DNA of 64,000 bases from Octopus sinensis (lineage: Eukaryota), in NCBI RefSeq assembly GCF_006345805.1, contig NC_042999.1:132308001-132372000 (forward strand), given 5' to 3'. Both the position numbers and the translations under genes were made by a program. This document shows, in pieces, positions 38,727 through 53,150 of this stretch. The notes under the pieces were generated by a model that was not told the DNA's origin, ran no database searches, and saw nothing but the letters and a program-made list of their open reading frames with translations. Position 1 is the stretch's first letter. Every line of letters starts with the position of its first letter.

Positions 38727-38945
38727 GGCCACAAGCTGGCAGAATCGTTAGCACGCTGGGCAAAATGCTTCGTAGCATTTCCTTCGTCTTTACGTTCTGA
38801 GTTCAAATTGCACTGAGGCCGACTTTGCCTTACATCCTTTCAGGGTCGATAGATTAAGTACCAGTTTAATACTGAGGTCGATGTAGTCAACTTACCCCCT
38901 CTCCTGAAATTGCTGGCCTTTTGCGAAAATTTGAAATCAATATTA
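38727..38945 (+). mobile_element. SINE family B
   Basis: Matches the 37138-37350 unit. Confidence 0.8.
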
Positions 38946-39397
38946 TCATTATAGGAGAGTGTAATTGGAGGAGTATTTTGGCTGCCATTTATAGTACGTT
39001 GAATAATTTGGTAGAAAAGCTTCCTCATCTTTTTTTGTTGTACCAGTAGTTCTAACCTTTTTTGCATCACTGACCAGTTTCATGAAAGACAAATATATCT
39101 CTCCGGAATAAGAGATTTCTCGCATAAAATAAACATATTCATTACATATATACATTACATATCTTTTATTTGTTATAGTCATTGGATTGCGACCATGCTA
39201 GAGCACCGCCGCGAAAGGGTTTTTAACTGAACGGCCTGGTACTTATTCTATCGGGCTCTTTTGCCGAACCGAACGGCTAAGTTATGGTGACGTAAACAAA
39301 CCAACACCGTTTGTCAAGCGTTAGTGGAAGATAAACAGAAAGACTCACAAACGCAGGTATATGCATATATGTTTGAAGTGGTGTACGAAGGTAGTCA

Positions 39398-39522
39398 GGA
39401 TTTGGATAAAAACTATTATTTAGCGCTTTCACTATTGAGGTATTCATTATGAATAATGAAAAATTATTAACAATGAATTCCTCAAAAGGATGAAAACGCT
39501 AAATAGTTTTTACCCAAGCCCT
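39398..39522. repeat. Small MITE-like inverted repeat, about 125 bp
   Basis: aggatttggataaaaactattatttagcgctttca pairs imperfectly with tgaaaacgctaaatagtttttacccaagccct. Confidence 0.6.
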
Positions 39523-39844
39523 TATTCTTTATATAGATATAACATTTGTAAAAGATGTGGGTTCAGAGAATCGTATGGCTGTCACAGGAAGCTCCTCTAA
39601 CAGACATGGCTATGAGAATGCATTGTAATCCAATACAGATAAGTGTAACACAGTGTCCATGTCGATGAAATCCAAAAGATCCGATAAATGAAATTAATAA
39701 ACCATAAAAAATCATGAGGCATGAGAGATGAATACATTTATTTAATCCATTTGTATTATTCACAAATCAATGCAAATACAGAAAGCTAGCTTATCATCAG
39801 GTGACCAGAATCGTTGTATTTGGTAGATGTGTATATACATAGGC

Positions 39845-40750
<906 letters not shown>

Positions 40751-40775
40751 GAGTATATATATATATATATAATAT

Positions 40776-40812
<37 letters not shown>

Positions 40813-41229
40813 TTCAAAAGTGTAACAAAAACGCAAGAAACTGAAATATTGCAAAAGCAACAAATAGAAAATTCGTAGCTTATTCCTCATTAGTCAACGT
40901 CCAAATGATCATTGCAATTTCGCGATTTTAACGTAGATATTGTCCACTTTTGGTAGCGCCAGTGGCGAAAAGCCATTGGGAATAACTAGCGAATGTACAG
41001 GACAATGACGAAAACAAACACAGCAGAATAAAACATACATATGCAACAAAAACAAAGCCGTGCAGCTGCAAGACAGACTGACACGGGTAACGCAATGGAA
41101 AATGAAAATTTTCTGTACTAGCTGTAGGAAAATTTTCTGCACTAGCTGACATACCCAGAATTCCGCGGAAAGCGGGGCTTATCCCTTAGTTTCGTCCTCA
41201 TAATCGCGTCACTAATACAATAACAACAA

Positions 41230-41585
41230 TACAAAGTATGTAGCCCTTAAAACGGTTTTTGTGCATTTACAGAGAATACCGAACTGTCTTACACAGGCTC
41301 TTATTTTTAGGAATTCTCAATAAGTTATGAATACCCAAATTGTGAAGTCAGTTATGTAATAACATGAAATTAGTTACCCGATAGTAAGAATTCAAATAAA
41401 GTAGCCCTGAAAAAGGCTTTAATGCATTTCCAGAGTATATAGAACTAAGGAAGAAATACTAATAAGGTATGTATACTAAAACCGTGAAGCATGTTACGTA
41501 ATAACAAGCTAATCAGATATGAGATAATAACAATTCAAAGTAAATAAGTCTGAAAAGGGCTTTTGTGCGTTCTCAGAGAATATTA
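41230..41585 (+). repeat. Degenerate tandem repeat, about three units of about 150 bp
   Basis: The block tagccct(t/g)aaaa.gg.ttt..tgc.tt..cagag.ata recurs near 41240, 41400 and 41545. Confidence 0.6.
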
Positions 41586-42189
41586 CCCTCAGTGGCACTA
41601 GTGTTGGTATATTCGTGAATGAATCACTAACGGAAATAAATGGATCTTTTGTTTAGGAAAATACTGTTTACTTGTTTAAAGGCTGTACTGGATAAATTGC
41701 GAAAATGACTCTAACAGTTCAAATACCAAGAAAGAAGCATACTCAATTCGATTTATACCAAATGAATTAAGAAAACTGAATGCGTTACTTCCCTTGATGT
41801 TAAAATCTGGGCGAATGGGTTATTTCCCTTGACTATTAAAGCGAAATATATTAGACATATATGAGAATGCCTTCCAGGAGGCCTATTATCGATTTTTTCA
41901 ACAATCTGAGTATGTCATGAGGTTTCCAGACATGAGTTCTATTCATGTGTCAAGTTTCATCAAAATCGATAAAACGATGTAGGAAGAGTTAGCTAACAAC
42001 TCCACAAACACACCCATGGACAGAATTTCCGACATATGTAGTAGATATATATATAATACGTTTTTCTTTCTATTTCGGCTCTCTCAGACACAACTGCTTT
42101 CTCATTCCACAGCAAACGGAGCAAACAATGTAAACTTTAAACAACAATACACTGTTAACTGATACAGCTAACCATTATTAAACACCTTA

Positions 42190-42415
42190 GAGGCGGCGAA
42201 CAGGCAGAATCGTTAGCATGCTGATCAAATGCTTAGTGGCATTTCGTCCGTCTTTACTCGTTACATCCTGAATTCAAATTCCACTTTCACTCACTTTTCC
42301 TTTCATCCTTTTATGGTCGATAAAATAAGTACCAGTTGAACGTTGGGGTCCATGAAATTGACCTACCCCTGCCTCGAAATTGCTGGCCTTATGTCAAAAT
42401 ATGGAATAATTATTA
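42190..42415 (+). mobile_element. SINE family B
   Basis: Matches the 37138-37350 unit. Confidence 0.75.
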
Positions 42416-43092
42416 AACATTGTAATGCCTATCCAGACAACCTTTGTTTTTCTGCACATATATGTTATGAATAAATATGAACCATCGGAAAGAAAAAGAA
42501 GACAGGAAAAGAACAAATAAAGGAGCTATCGACAATGGGAGAGAGAGGGGGAGAGAGAGAGAGTCAGAGAGAGAGAGTTAGAGAGAGAGAGTCAGAGAGA
42601 GAAAGAGGAGAGAGAGAAACAGAGGGAGAGAGAGAAACAGAGGGAGAGAGAGAGAGAGGGAGAGAGAGAGGGAGAGACGTAAGGGTGACAATTCGAAAAT
42701 CATAATTTTAACAAAAGCAACTGGAAAGGAATGTGTCGCAATGCTATAGTGATATTTCAATACTCTCAAATGTGCTTTGCAAATAATAGAGCAAGAATTC
42801 TACTAATCTATGTTTGTGAACGTAAGACTGGGGGCAACATTGTCACAGAAAGGTGAACTATCGAAAACATGTCACCGTGCCGTGAATTAAATTGAAACCT
42901 CCTGACAGCACTCTGCTATTTGCCCTTACGCTCTTGTAGTTTCCAATCCCAGTGACTTTCACAATGCCTGTTAATAAGTCTCCGTGTCAAGTTATTGAAT
43001 AAAATAGGTCTGTTTCTCCCAATTGATCTACATAGACAGTTGTATGTGACTCAATAAAAACAACACAAAATTATATGCAAGTATAGTAACAA

Positions 43093-43605
43093 CTAGCAGT
43101 ATCGCCCGGCGTTGCTCGGGTTTGTAAGGGAAATAATTATATAAGCATTTTTAGAGAGTTACTTCCCTTATAGATGCCAATTCGGGCTTTCTTAGCCATT
43201 TCTGTTTTGGTGTCTTCAAGCCATGAAGTCGTTGTTCTAAAAGAACGCTGGTCTCCTTGACAACGCATTACGACGTTGATTTCCTTACACTCCCTTCCCC
43301 ACAGCTTCACAAGGGAGGGAAGAAGGGGGAGAAGCAAACAGGTGCAGGTGTGACCGTGGACGCCAACTCCGCCGCCATCGACACACGAAAAATTATGCAT
43401 TAAAATGGAATAAAAAATGATGTTAAATTATTTTTAAAATCGTAGACTCATCGTAGACGCGCGCTAATACTCAGACGGGCTCGATATTAATCACGACTAT
43501 AAGATACCCGAATTTGGTTAAACTGCACCGCAAAATGTGGGAGTAGTTAGGAATCTAAATCGAAGGAGACAGACACTCACACAACTACAGTTTTATATAT
43601 ATAGA
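43093..43605 (-). mobile_element. Non-autonomous Helitron, 513 bp (second copy)
   Basis: Reverse-complement copy of 30063-30575 with the same A|TC...CTAG|T ends. Confidence 0.88.
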
Positions 43606-43839
43606 TTACACAACATAAGAAAAACCATCAACATTGTTAAAAGTTTCTTCTAAACTTTTATATCATCCCGACTATTTAATTCAGATAAATTTGCATTCGC
43701 CTATATTTATAAAATTGCATACAACCATATATATGTTTCAGAACCAACTACGTTTTATCCCATTTTCCCGATAACCCTACCAATCTTCATTGTCGTTCTC
43801 CCCTTCCTCCTCTTCATCAAAATCACCACCACATCTGTT

Positions 43840-44058
43840 GTTGCTGTTGTTGTTGTTGTTAAGCAACAAGACGGGTAAGGGTGATTAGGTGATGGTCCAG
43901 GGCTTAGGGGTGGGAGACCCCAGACCTTGGGGAAAAAAACAAACTTTGGTCGTCTTGTTGTAGTCGAAGGCTCTTCGTTGACGCCCAACACCACTGTGAG
44001 GTGGCCCTCGAAGTCGCTGGAAATGGAGATCTTTAGGTCCAAATCCTTGGACGGCTAT
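43840..44058 (-). mobile_element. Short retroposon or LINE 3' end with (AAC)n tail (second copy at 63155-63368)
   Basis: Two similar copies of about 215 bp, both ending in cttgttgcttaacaacaac on the minus strand. Confidence 0.7.
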
Positions 44059-44465
44059 TGTTGCTGATGAGAAAAGTGACAATAAATATATGCTTGCTTT
44101 AGTTTATTTCCGAATTTTGTTATTTTTGGCTCTTTCCGTTCTGAGTCCATATGCCGCCGTAGTCGACTTTGACTTTTATTTTTTCGGAGCTGATAAACCA
44201 AGTACCAGTGGAGTATTGGAGTCAATGTAATCAACTTCACTCATCTTCCTCTAAATTTGTTGGCATTCTGCCAAATTTTGAAACCATTCTTTTAATTTTT
44301 TAGAACGTCTAAAGACTTACCACTTGTCCAAGAAACATTTAGCCTTCTCGATTATTATTGTCTTATGTTATTGACTCGGTAGTTCTGTTGTTATTACCTG
44401 TTACATTTGTTGTCCTTTATTATGTTAACCGTTATATGTGTGCGTGCGAGAGAAAGAGAGGGTGG

Positions 44466-44497
<32 letters not shown>

Positions 44498-45259
44498 CAC
44501 AGAGAGAGAGAGACAGAGAGAGAGAACATGTTAATAGCATAAATTAGAATTTTAGTTATTGTGCCTTGAATCCAAAGATAAGAATGCATTCTATTTACTA
44601 TATATTACACTAGTATTGCTATAAAACCTTTGAGTTTTCAATGCCTTACCTCAGTAGTTTTATGGCGCAATAAAAATTTACAATGTACGTTATGGTTTAA
44701 TGCACTGCACGCCTATTATCTTGCGGTAAAGTGAAAAGTGTATGCCTTTTTTAATTAATGTTATTCCCCATCTTTCTCCCACTTTGTTCATCCATGAACT
44801 CATTGAATTTTTAAGTGGTTGAAAATTCCACCAGACACGTGTACTCTTAACGTAGTTGTCAGGCAGATTCAGCGTGAATTATTTTTCTAGTTCATTCATT
44901 TGCTCGTCGACATAGCAAAATGGTATGATTCTAATTTATTAAGCCTTCGTTCCTCATCTCGAGGCCCTGTTCTTTCTTCTTTCCTCTTCTCTTCTTTTAT
45001 TTTATGTATTTGTCTTCACTCTGATGAAGCTCCATGTACCGGATCGGATGTGCCTTAAAAGATGACGAATATTATTCTTTGGCAGTGCCGACTAACGTTG
45101 GTAGCAGAAACGGCTGTTAGCAATCTTAAAGTTTTGTATAAAAAAAATAATAACCTATGGTAGTCAATTTGTTTATTGATCAAAATTTTCTCCATTTTCT
45201 ATTTAATGTATATATAAGCACACTCTAGATTATAGAGCAGTAGAGTATATAGATAAAAA

Positions 45260-45478
45260 TAGATATGGCCGGTTTATGGGGCTACCCCAGGTTTCACGTC
45301 CATAAAGCACTTAGTCTTTACAGCGTTTCTTCAGGCCCTAAACGCGTTGGCCTATGGCCTCACTAGAGGGTCCAGTTGATAGAGAGGCCATAGGCCAACG
45401 GCTTTAGGGTCTGAAGAAACGTTGTAAAGCCAAGCACTTCATGGACGTAAAAACCAGGGTAACCTCATAAACCGACCA

Positions 45479-45484
<6 letters not shown>
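45260..45484. repeat. Foldback of 225 bp (about 101-bp arms, 22-nt loop) made essentially of two outward-facing HHRs
   Basis: 45260-45361 pairs with 45384-45484. The right end abuts (TATC)n. Confidence 0.92.
45279..45338 (-). ncRNA. Type I hammerhead ribozyme motif with intact core
   Basis: Minus strand: GGGC-CTGAAGA-A-ACG(ctgtaaag..ctttatgg)CGT-GAAA-CC(tgg)GG-TA-GCCC. Predicted GUA cleavage between 45283 and 45282. Confidence 0.8.
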
Positions 45485-45567
<83 letters not shown>

Positions 45568-45819
45568 GTCCATGTTAATACATATCCTAATTATATTTTA
45601 AACTAATTTCGCACCCTTCAGCACATAAGGCATGCACGAACAACGTTCATTTCGATATCACCTGGACGACAGCATGTGATAAAAATGTCGAGGACCGAAG
45701 TATCCAAAGTCCCAAAAAGTTAAATCTACTACATGTACTGAGTACATTTTCTCCTGTTTCTAACTCAAATTATGTACAAACACATGAGTACGTACCCGCA
45801 AATAGATAAGTACTTAGAA

Positions 45820-45864
<45 letters not shown>

Positions 45865-45866
45865 TA

Positions 45867-45923
<57 letters not shown>

Positions 45924-45925
<2 letters not shown>

Positions 45926-46982
45926 TATATAAAAGGGCTTAGTAAAATAAATTACTTTGCCACATACTGAACTCATTAGAAATAGTAGCTAAAAAACTTT
46001 TTTAAAACTATTTCTAATACTTAAAGAAAATCTCTCTCATATAGTGTTTGCTCAATTCAACTCACGAAAGTATGGGGGTAAAGACATTAAAAAATCAAAT
46101 GCAAAGGTTATTTGAGAACGTACGTTTCAAGATTAGTCAACTCGACATTTCTATCATCAGCTCAGAACTCCTTGGTTTGGATTTGAAAACACTGAAAGTG
46201 GGAGCATACCCTTTCGGCTTCTTATCGCTTCTGAAGATCTGCTCGAAACTAACAGTGCCAGCACACCCAAAATATGCAAGCGAAGAATTTCTGCTCTCCC
46301 CTTTCCACCAGCGTGGGTTAAAATCAGTAAACACTATGCTTTTTCGGTAAAATCCGAAACATTAAATAGAGAGAGATGAATTATAATTTCAACAATTGAG
46401 GGTAAAATTAATTAATTATTAATCAATTTCACCAAGTGTTCAGTATGTAAAGGGACCATTTAAGGCGAATTCAAATTATTACATTATATTTTAACCCACG
46501 CTGGTGGAAAGGGGAGAGCAGAAATTCTTCGCTTGCATATTTTGGGTGTGCTGGCACTGTTAGTTTCGAGCAGATCTTCAGAAGCGATAAGAAGCCGAAA
46601 GGGTATGCTCCCACTTTCAGTGTTTTCAAATCCAAACCAAGGAGTTCTGAGCTGATGATAGAAATGTCGAGTTGACTAATCTTGAAACGTACGTTCTCAA
46701 ATAACCTTTGCATTTGATTTTTTAATGTCTTTACCCCCATACTTTCGTGAGTTGAATTGAGCAAACACTATATGAGAGAGATTTTCTTTAAGTATTAGAA
46801 ATAGTTTTAAAAAAGTTTTTTTAGCTACTATTTCTAATGAGTTCAGTATGTGGCAAAGTAATTTATTTTACTAAGCCCTTTTATATAATGTAATAATTTG
46901 AATTCGCCTTAAATGGTCCCTTTACATACTGAACACTTGGTGAAATTGATTAATAATTAATTAATTTTACCCTCAATTGTTG

Positions 46983-46986
<4 letters not shown>
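45924..46986. repeat. Permuted inverted duplication A-X-B-A'-B' between (TA)n tracts
   Basis: A 45924-46324 is the reverse complement of 46488-46889. B 46386-46489 is the reverse complement of 46883-46986. X 46325-46385 is single copy. Confidence 0.95.
46648..46699 (+). ncRNA. Minimal type I HHR-like motif (mirror copy at 46113-46164, minus strand)
   Basis: Stem I TGAG/CTCA; CTGATGA; imperfect stem II; GAAA-C(GTAC)G-TT with a palindromic loop III. Confidence 0.55.
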
Positions 46987-47018
<32 letters not shown>

Positions 47019-47088
47019 TATATATGTATCCCATGCATGTATGTACAAAATCAAGCACGCGCGCGAACACACACACACATACTCACAT

Positions 47089-47125
<37 letters not shown>

Positions 47126-47177
47126 TGAGTAGACAAACGAAAGAAGGACATTCACATTTATTGGGAGTTACACGTAT

Positions 47178-47639
<462 letters not shown>

Positions 47640-48470
47640 AAATTTAGAGGACTGACGACTAAAAAATGGACAGCCTATATGCTAGATATAGACGTCAAAA
47701 TCGCCATTTTCACGAAGAATGTGTTCTCAAGAAAAAAATCAGCTAAGAAACCAAGGTGTAAAAATAAGCAAGACAAATGAAAATATACGAAATAAAAAAA
47801 AACATTACTTATGTACTAATTAGTTTCACTTGTTAATATTTACGTATATGGATACGCAAACATCTGCAAGATCATCAGCATAATCTGTCGTTTACAAAAC
47901 ACAATTTGCAGAACTTGATACAGAACGCTCGACCGAAATCCAGCATGTATAAAGTTCCACAAATTATATTTATGTGTATCTTTGGCGCGCTGAGATCGGA
48001 AATTACCCTGCAGTTAATAAACTACAGCAGTCAATTTACCGACTAGAGAACATTTTTCTTTTTATTCAAAATTTTTTATTTAAAATTTTTATTTCGTAGA
48101 TTATGTTGACAACTATAGGCAATAGAAATAAAATTAACTACTTTTAGCCATAGGCTGAAACAGCTGTAAGAAGTAATTTTAATGATTTCAATAATTTATA
48201 TTATGACTTTTATAATTTGTATTCTTATATATGTATTGAATTATAAGATATATATGTATGCTATTGAGGTTCTCATTTTGTTAAATGAATAAATAAATAA
48301 TCCAACATTCTAATATCCGAAAGTTGATGAACAAACTACATTTGTTTCTCCATTTTCTTATTTGTATTATACACACACACACACATACTCACATGCACAC
48401 ACACACACACACACACACACATACTCACATGCACACACACACACACACACAACACACACACACACACATA

Positions 48471-48568
<98 letters not shown>

Positions 48569-48721
48569 TATTGTGAAATAGAAAGATGAATAATCTTGTT
48601 GCAGATTAATCAAAAGTTTAACCGATACCTTGGTAGCAAAAATCACAGCAGAAGACAGCACGGTTGGAGGTACAACCATATGGTGTTGCAACCGTGCGTT
48701 GGTGCGGATAATTGAATTTTA

Positions 48722-49462
48722 ATATTATTAGTGAATTGAAGAAATGGAGTTGAACGAAGATTGAACAGAAATCGTTTTATTGCATTCTACACGTGTTTCG
48801 AAAGGCACAATTTACCAAATTCCGATTGAATAAGGAGACCATAAAGTTCTGACTACTTAAAGAATATTAGGTGTATTATATGGGGCGTTTGATCACGTGG
48901 CCGTCAGTTGGTAAACAGCCCTACACAATGGTCACTGCCACCCGACGGATTTTATAGCAGTGACCATTGTGTAGGGCTGTTTACCAACTGACGGCCACGT
49001 GATCAAACGCACATACGAACACATAGAACAGTACACACACACATGTTTCTAAGTAGATTTTGTCTCGCCCCATATAATACACCTAATATTCTTTAAATAG
49101 TCAGAACTTTAGTCTCGGTCACAAAGAACATCTAAGCACCCTGTGCTCCCACCCACCGGGATGACCGCTGCCTGACCCGTTAAAACCTTCAACGCACCCA
49201 CCACCAGTTTTCAACATACATTGATAAACAGTTTGGCCATGGGCTCTTAGGAGCCTCGTTCGATTTGTTTTGCTCCGCCTCTGTTCTGTTTTTGTTTTTT
49301 CCAACGGATTTCCTATTTCTTCCTGAAGAGAAAGACACAATATGGTCTCCTTATTCAATCGGAATTTGGTAAATTGTGCCTTTCGAAACACGTGTAGAAT
49401 GCAATAAAACGATTTCTGTTCAATCTTCGTTCAACTCCATTTCTTCAATTCACTAATAATAT
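48722..49462. repeat. Three nested inverted repeats
   Basis: 48722-48843 / 49341-49462; 48842-48887 / 49066-49111; 48885-48938 / 48957-49010. Confidence 0.95.
49314..49406 (+). ncRNA. Minimal type I hammerhead ribozyme motif with intact core
   Basis: TTC-CTGAAGA(49323-49329)-GAAAG.CACAAT...ATTGTG.CTTTC-GAAA-C(ACGT)G-TA-GAA. Palindromic loop III and GUA site at 49394-49396. Confidence 0.8.
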
Positions 49463-49479
49463 ATATATATATATATATA

Positions 49480-50650
49480 TCAGGCCATCCCATAAGTTCT
49501 GTCCGAAGTTTGAATAAAGTAAACAAGTGATCAAATGTTATATTTAATTGAAATTTAATCATCAATGTACTTTCCCTGATTATCTATGACTTCCTTCCAT
49601 CAATTTACAAACTGTTTAATCCCATCAATGTAAAACTCTTTTGGTTTCAAAGCGAAGAACTCTGAAATGTTAGTTTCGATGTCCTCCTGGCTTGCGAAAG
49701 TTATGTCCCCCAAATGATTCTATGATTCTGTAAACTACGAAACAAAAGGTAGTCTGAAGGAGCAAGGCCAGGAGAATAAGGTGGATGAGAAATTTTTTCC
49801 CAACCAAGCACTTCGATCTTCTGTGATGTGATCTTTACAGTGAGGGGTCCTGGTGAAACGTCACTCCTTTTTGATTCATTAAAGCGGGTCTTTTTTTCTT
49901 CAAAGCTTGTTTCAAACGCTCTAATTGCTGAGAGTAGACTTGAGTATTGATTGTTGCATTAGGTGGCAACAATTCAAAGTGAATTACTCCTTTGCAATCC
50001 CACCAGATAGAGAGAAGAAACTTTCTCTTCTCGGTTGTGGTTGAGCATCATTTTCCGCCCCCAAGCCACTGATTACGACGTTTCGATAGAAGATCCATTT
50101 TTTTCGTCACCAGTCACAAGTCTATCCAAAAAGGGTGAAATGAGTTTGCGAGATTGGAGAGAAGAGCAGATGTCAACTCGGGATTTGCGGATGCTTTTGG
50201 ACAATTCATGAGGCATCCATTTTCCGAGTTTAGGAACCTTTTCAAGTTGTTGAAGATGACGATGAACAGTTGTATGGTTTGAACTAAGCTTTATTGCCAA
50301 TTCTTCAACTGATATTGCAAGATTTTCTTTAAGTAATGACTCAAGGAGCTTATCATCAAACTCAACTGGACGTCCTGTTCGATCTTTATCTTCAAGGCTG
50401 AAATCGCCACTTCCTCTGAATTTTGCAAACCATCTTCTGCAAGTTCTTTCATTCAAGCGTTCTTTCCCATAAGCTGAGTGTATGTTTCGAGTCACTTCGG
50501 CTGCAGAGTTTCCTTTTTTGTACTTATAAAGCATTAAGTGCCTCAAATGCTCTTTGGATACTTCCATGTTAGAAAGGGTTTAATCAAAGAAATTTTAATT
50601 CTATTATTCCGTAAAATAATATTTAATTAGTTTAAATGTACACAAATACA
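49480..50650 (-). mobile_element. Mariner element, transposase pseudogene, 5' TIR missing
   Basis: ORF 50073-50567 has mariner HTH motifs (TCRRWFAKF, GRP, GKWMPHEL, LVTGDEK). One TIR, tcaggccatcccataagttctgtccg, lies at 49480 next to TA. Confidence 0.92.
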
Positions 50651-50659
50651 TAAAAATAA

Positions 50660-53150
50660 TCCTTGTGGATTAGCACGAGTGCCTTTTCACACTCCTTTTG
50701 CCACTCAGTCAGATTCCGTCTTTTAATGAAACCGGGTTTAAATCACTCCAAAGAAGCTGGTCACGAAAAGAATTCCTCCACCAGCGGATTCCACACTTGG
50801 TCATCTTCCAGGTAGAGCCAGAGATGCCTTAGCCTCAGCGCATGTCTGCACATCATTAACCAGAGCATCCCTAACCCACTCTTTAGCGGTTCCAGGCAGC
50901 CAACGGAGCGCCTCACAAGTGGCTTTCCTTCCTTCCACATCAAGCGGAAGAGAAGGCTGTCCAACCTGCTTAGACACGAGTCGGGGTAAGGCAGTGGGTG
51001 ATTACAATTGCAATAAACACCTGTACCACCTCCGCTCTTCCTTTCAGGGACAGAGCCCATCCAGACCAAGTCCGGACTAGGGCCTCCATCCAATCTGCCA
51101 CGTCAATCCAATTCTTCTCCGTCTGGGAGTCTGGTCCAAATCAAACTCCAAGCAAATTAACATGACCATCTGTCCAGTGACCCACGACAATGGACAATAT
51201 CGACTTGCCCCTCCAGGTGCCGAGACGCAAGCCAATGGACTTGTCCTTGTTAACTTTTTCCCCTGCCACCGCCTCGTATCCTTTGATAGCGCCCTCTACA
51301 CAAAGTAGCTGAGCCTCATTGGACACGGTGACGGTGACGTCATCCGCATAAACAGAGACCGACTTACCGCATCCGATTTCATTGGGGGTGCGTCCCAAAT
51401 TCTCCAACTTCTGCAGTAATGGCTCAAGACAACACGTACAGAAGCGGAAACAGGGGACAACCTTGACGAACTGAGCACTTGATCGAAAACGGCTCCGACA
51501 GGTAGCCGTTTATCTGGACGGTGGATTGGATGCTGTTTTACATTGCGGAGATCCACCTACGAAAGTCCCGGCCCAGCCCAGACGCTTCGAGGACTGCCAC
51601 CAGGTACTGGTGGTCTACCCTATCAAACACTTTACTTTAGTCTAAATGGACAAGTGCCCCACTTTTGCCGGTTAATTTACCCAACCTGTCTAATGTGTAG
51701 TGTATAAGGTGAAGATTGTCCTGCCTGGAATGGCGCATGTCTGCTCCTTCCCTATAAGATTCTCCACGACACACGTCAACCTTGTTGCTAACACTTTGGC
51801 TAAATTCTTTAACTCTACATTGAGTTGAATTATGGACCTGTAATTATTTATACTGTCCCCCTTGCTCGGGTCCTTCTGGATCAGCGTCACCACTCCCGAC
51901 TCACAGAGCTGGGAATCCTCCCATTCTTTTGTCAGTTTGTGTAGACGCCGGCGAGCAGGTCCCCGAACAAGTCCGGCATGCATAGGGTAGAACATCCAGC
52001 TTTGACGACTTGGCCCCGATACACTCAGCCAACACCTCTTTGACTTCCACAGGTGTAATCGGTCCTTCACAGCATTCCGCCTCACGTGCCGAGAGTCGAG
52101 GTCCACCGGTGAGGGAGCCCTTTAGGGACTCCCCATGCTCGAGCGCGTCGCTCTACCCAAACAACCGGGCGAAATACTGGTGAAAGGTCTTTTGCATCTT
52201 TTCCTGACCATAGTTTGTCAGTTAAAGACTTTATAGAGGCTTTTTTGCCCCTCTGAAACTCCACACGACGGGCCCATCCGGCAACGTTAATACCTTCTCA
52301 GCTCAATGCACGTAGCTTAGCTCTAACTCTGCAGCTTTCGTTTTTGGCTTTGAGGTGACGGTACAAGACCGTTCTCGCCGTCAGCACTTCATTCTTAACT
52401 AGTTCCCTTTCTATTCTAGATCTATCTAAACTTAGCTGATTGTTAAATCTAGTAGACTCTAAACGAATGTCTCTCTTGAGGGCATGCCACCATCCATTAT
52501 TAATGATGGCGTCACATAGTGCCCTCTGTACTAAATCCTTAATCCAGGCACAGAAGGCTTCTCAAGCCAAAATAAACTTGTTCATCTTCCAGTACCCGGG
52601 TCCCTGTCTATGACATATATCTATATGCACTTTACACGTCACAAATTTGTGATCCGTGTAAGGTACAATACAAAATTGTGGACAACTAAAAGTATTCCTA
52701 TCTCTTTCTCTAATGAATAACCTGTCTATATAAGATCTGTGTGAGCCGTCCACTGTGGAACGTTCGGCTCATCCAGTCTGTAATAGTCTACTAGATTATA
52801 GCTCTCTAGTAGACCCTTGAGGCCGTGATTTCCGCTCCTATCAGTCGAGCCAACACTATCCACCCATGCATCGAGGATAGTGCTAAAGTATCCTAACAGA
52901 ACTACTGTTTTTGACGTCACTAGAAAGTGCTCTAGGTCTCGATAAAAACCAGATTGCCTACACTCCTTAGGAGCATAGACAGCTACCAATCTGAAGGCCT
53001 GTTTACTCTCGTGGGTCACATCTAGGATGACCAGCTTACCTTCTGGGTCCAGAAAGAATGTACTTACCTGTAAGTCCAAGGTCTTCCTGAGTAGGACCAC
53101 CACGTCCCCTCCTCCTTGTCTGCTAGAGATGATAGTTGCTCGCTTCTGCA
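50660..53150 (-). mobile_element. Tx1/L1-type LINE internal fragment (APE + RT)
   Basis: APE: LVAVYAP, SYIDRLFI, YTDHKFV. RT: QTCAIPGR, SVYADDVTV. Truncated at both ends. Confidence 0.92.
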
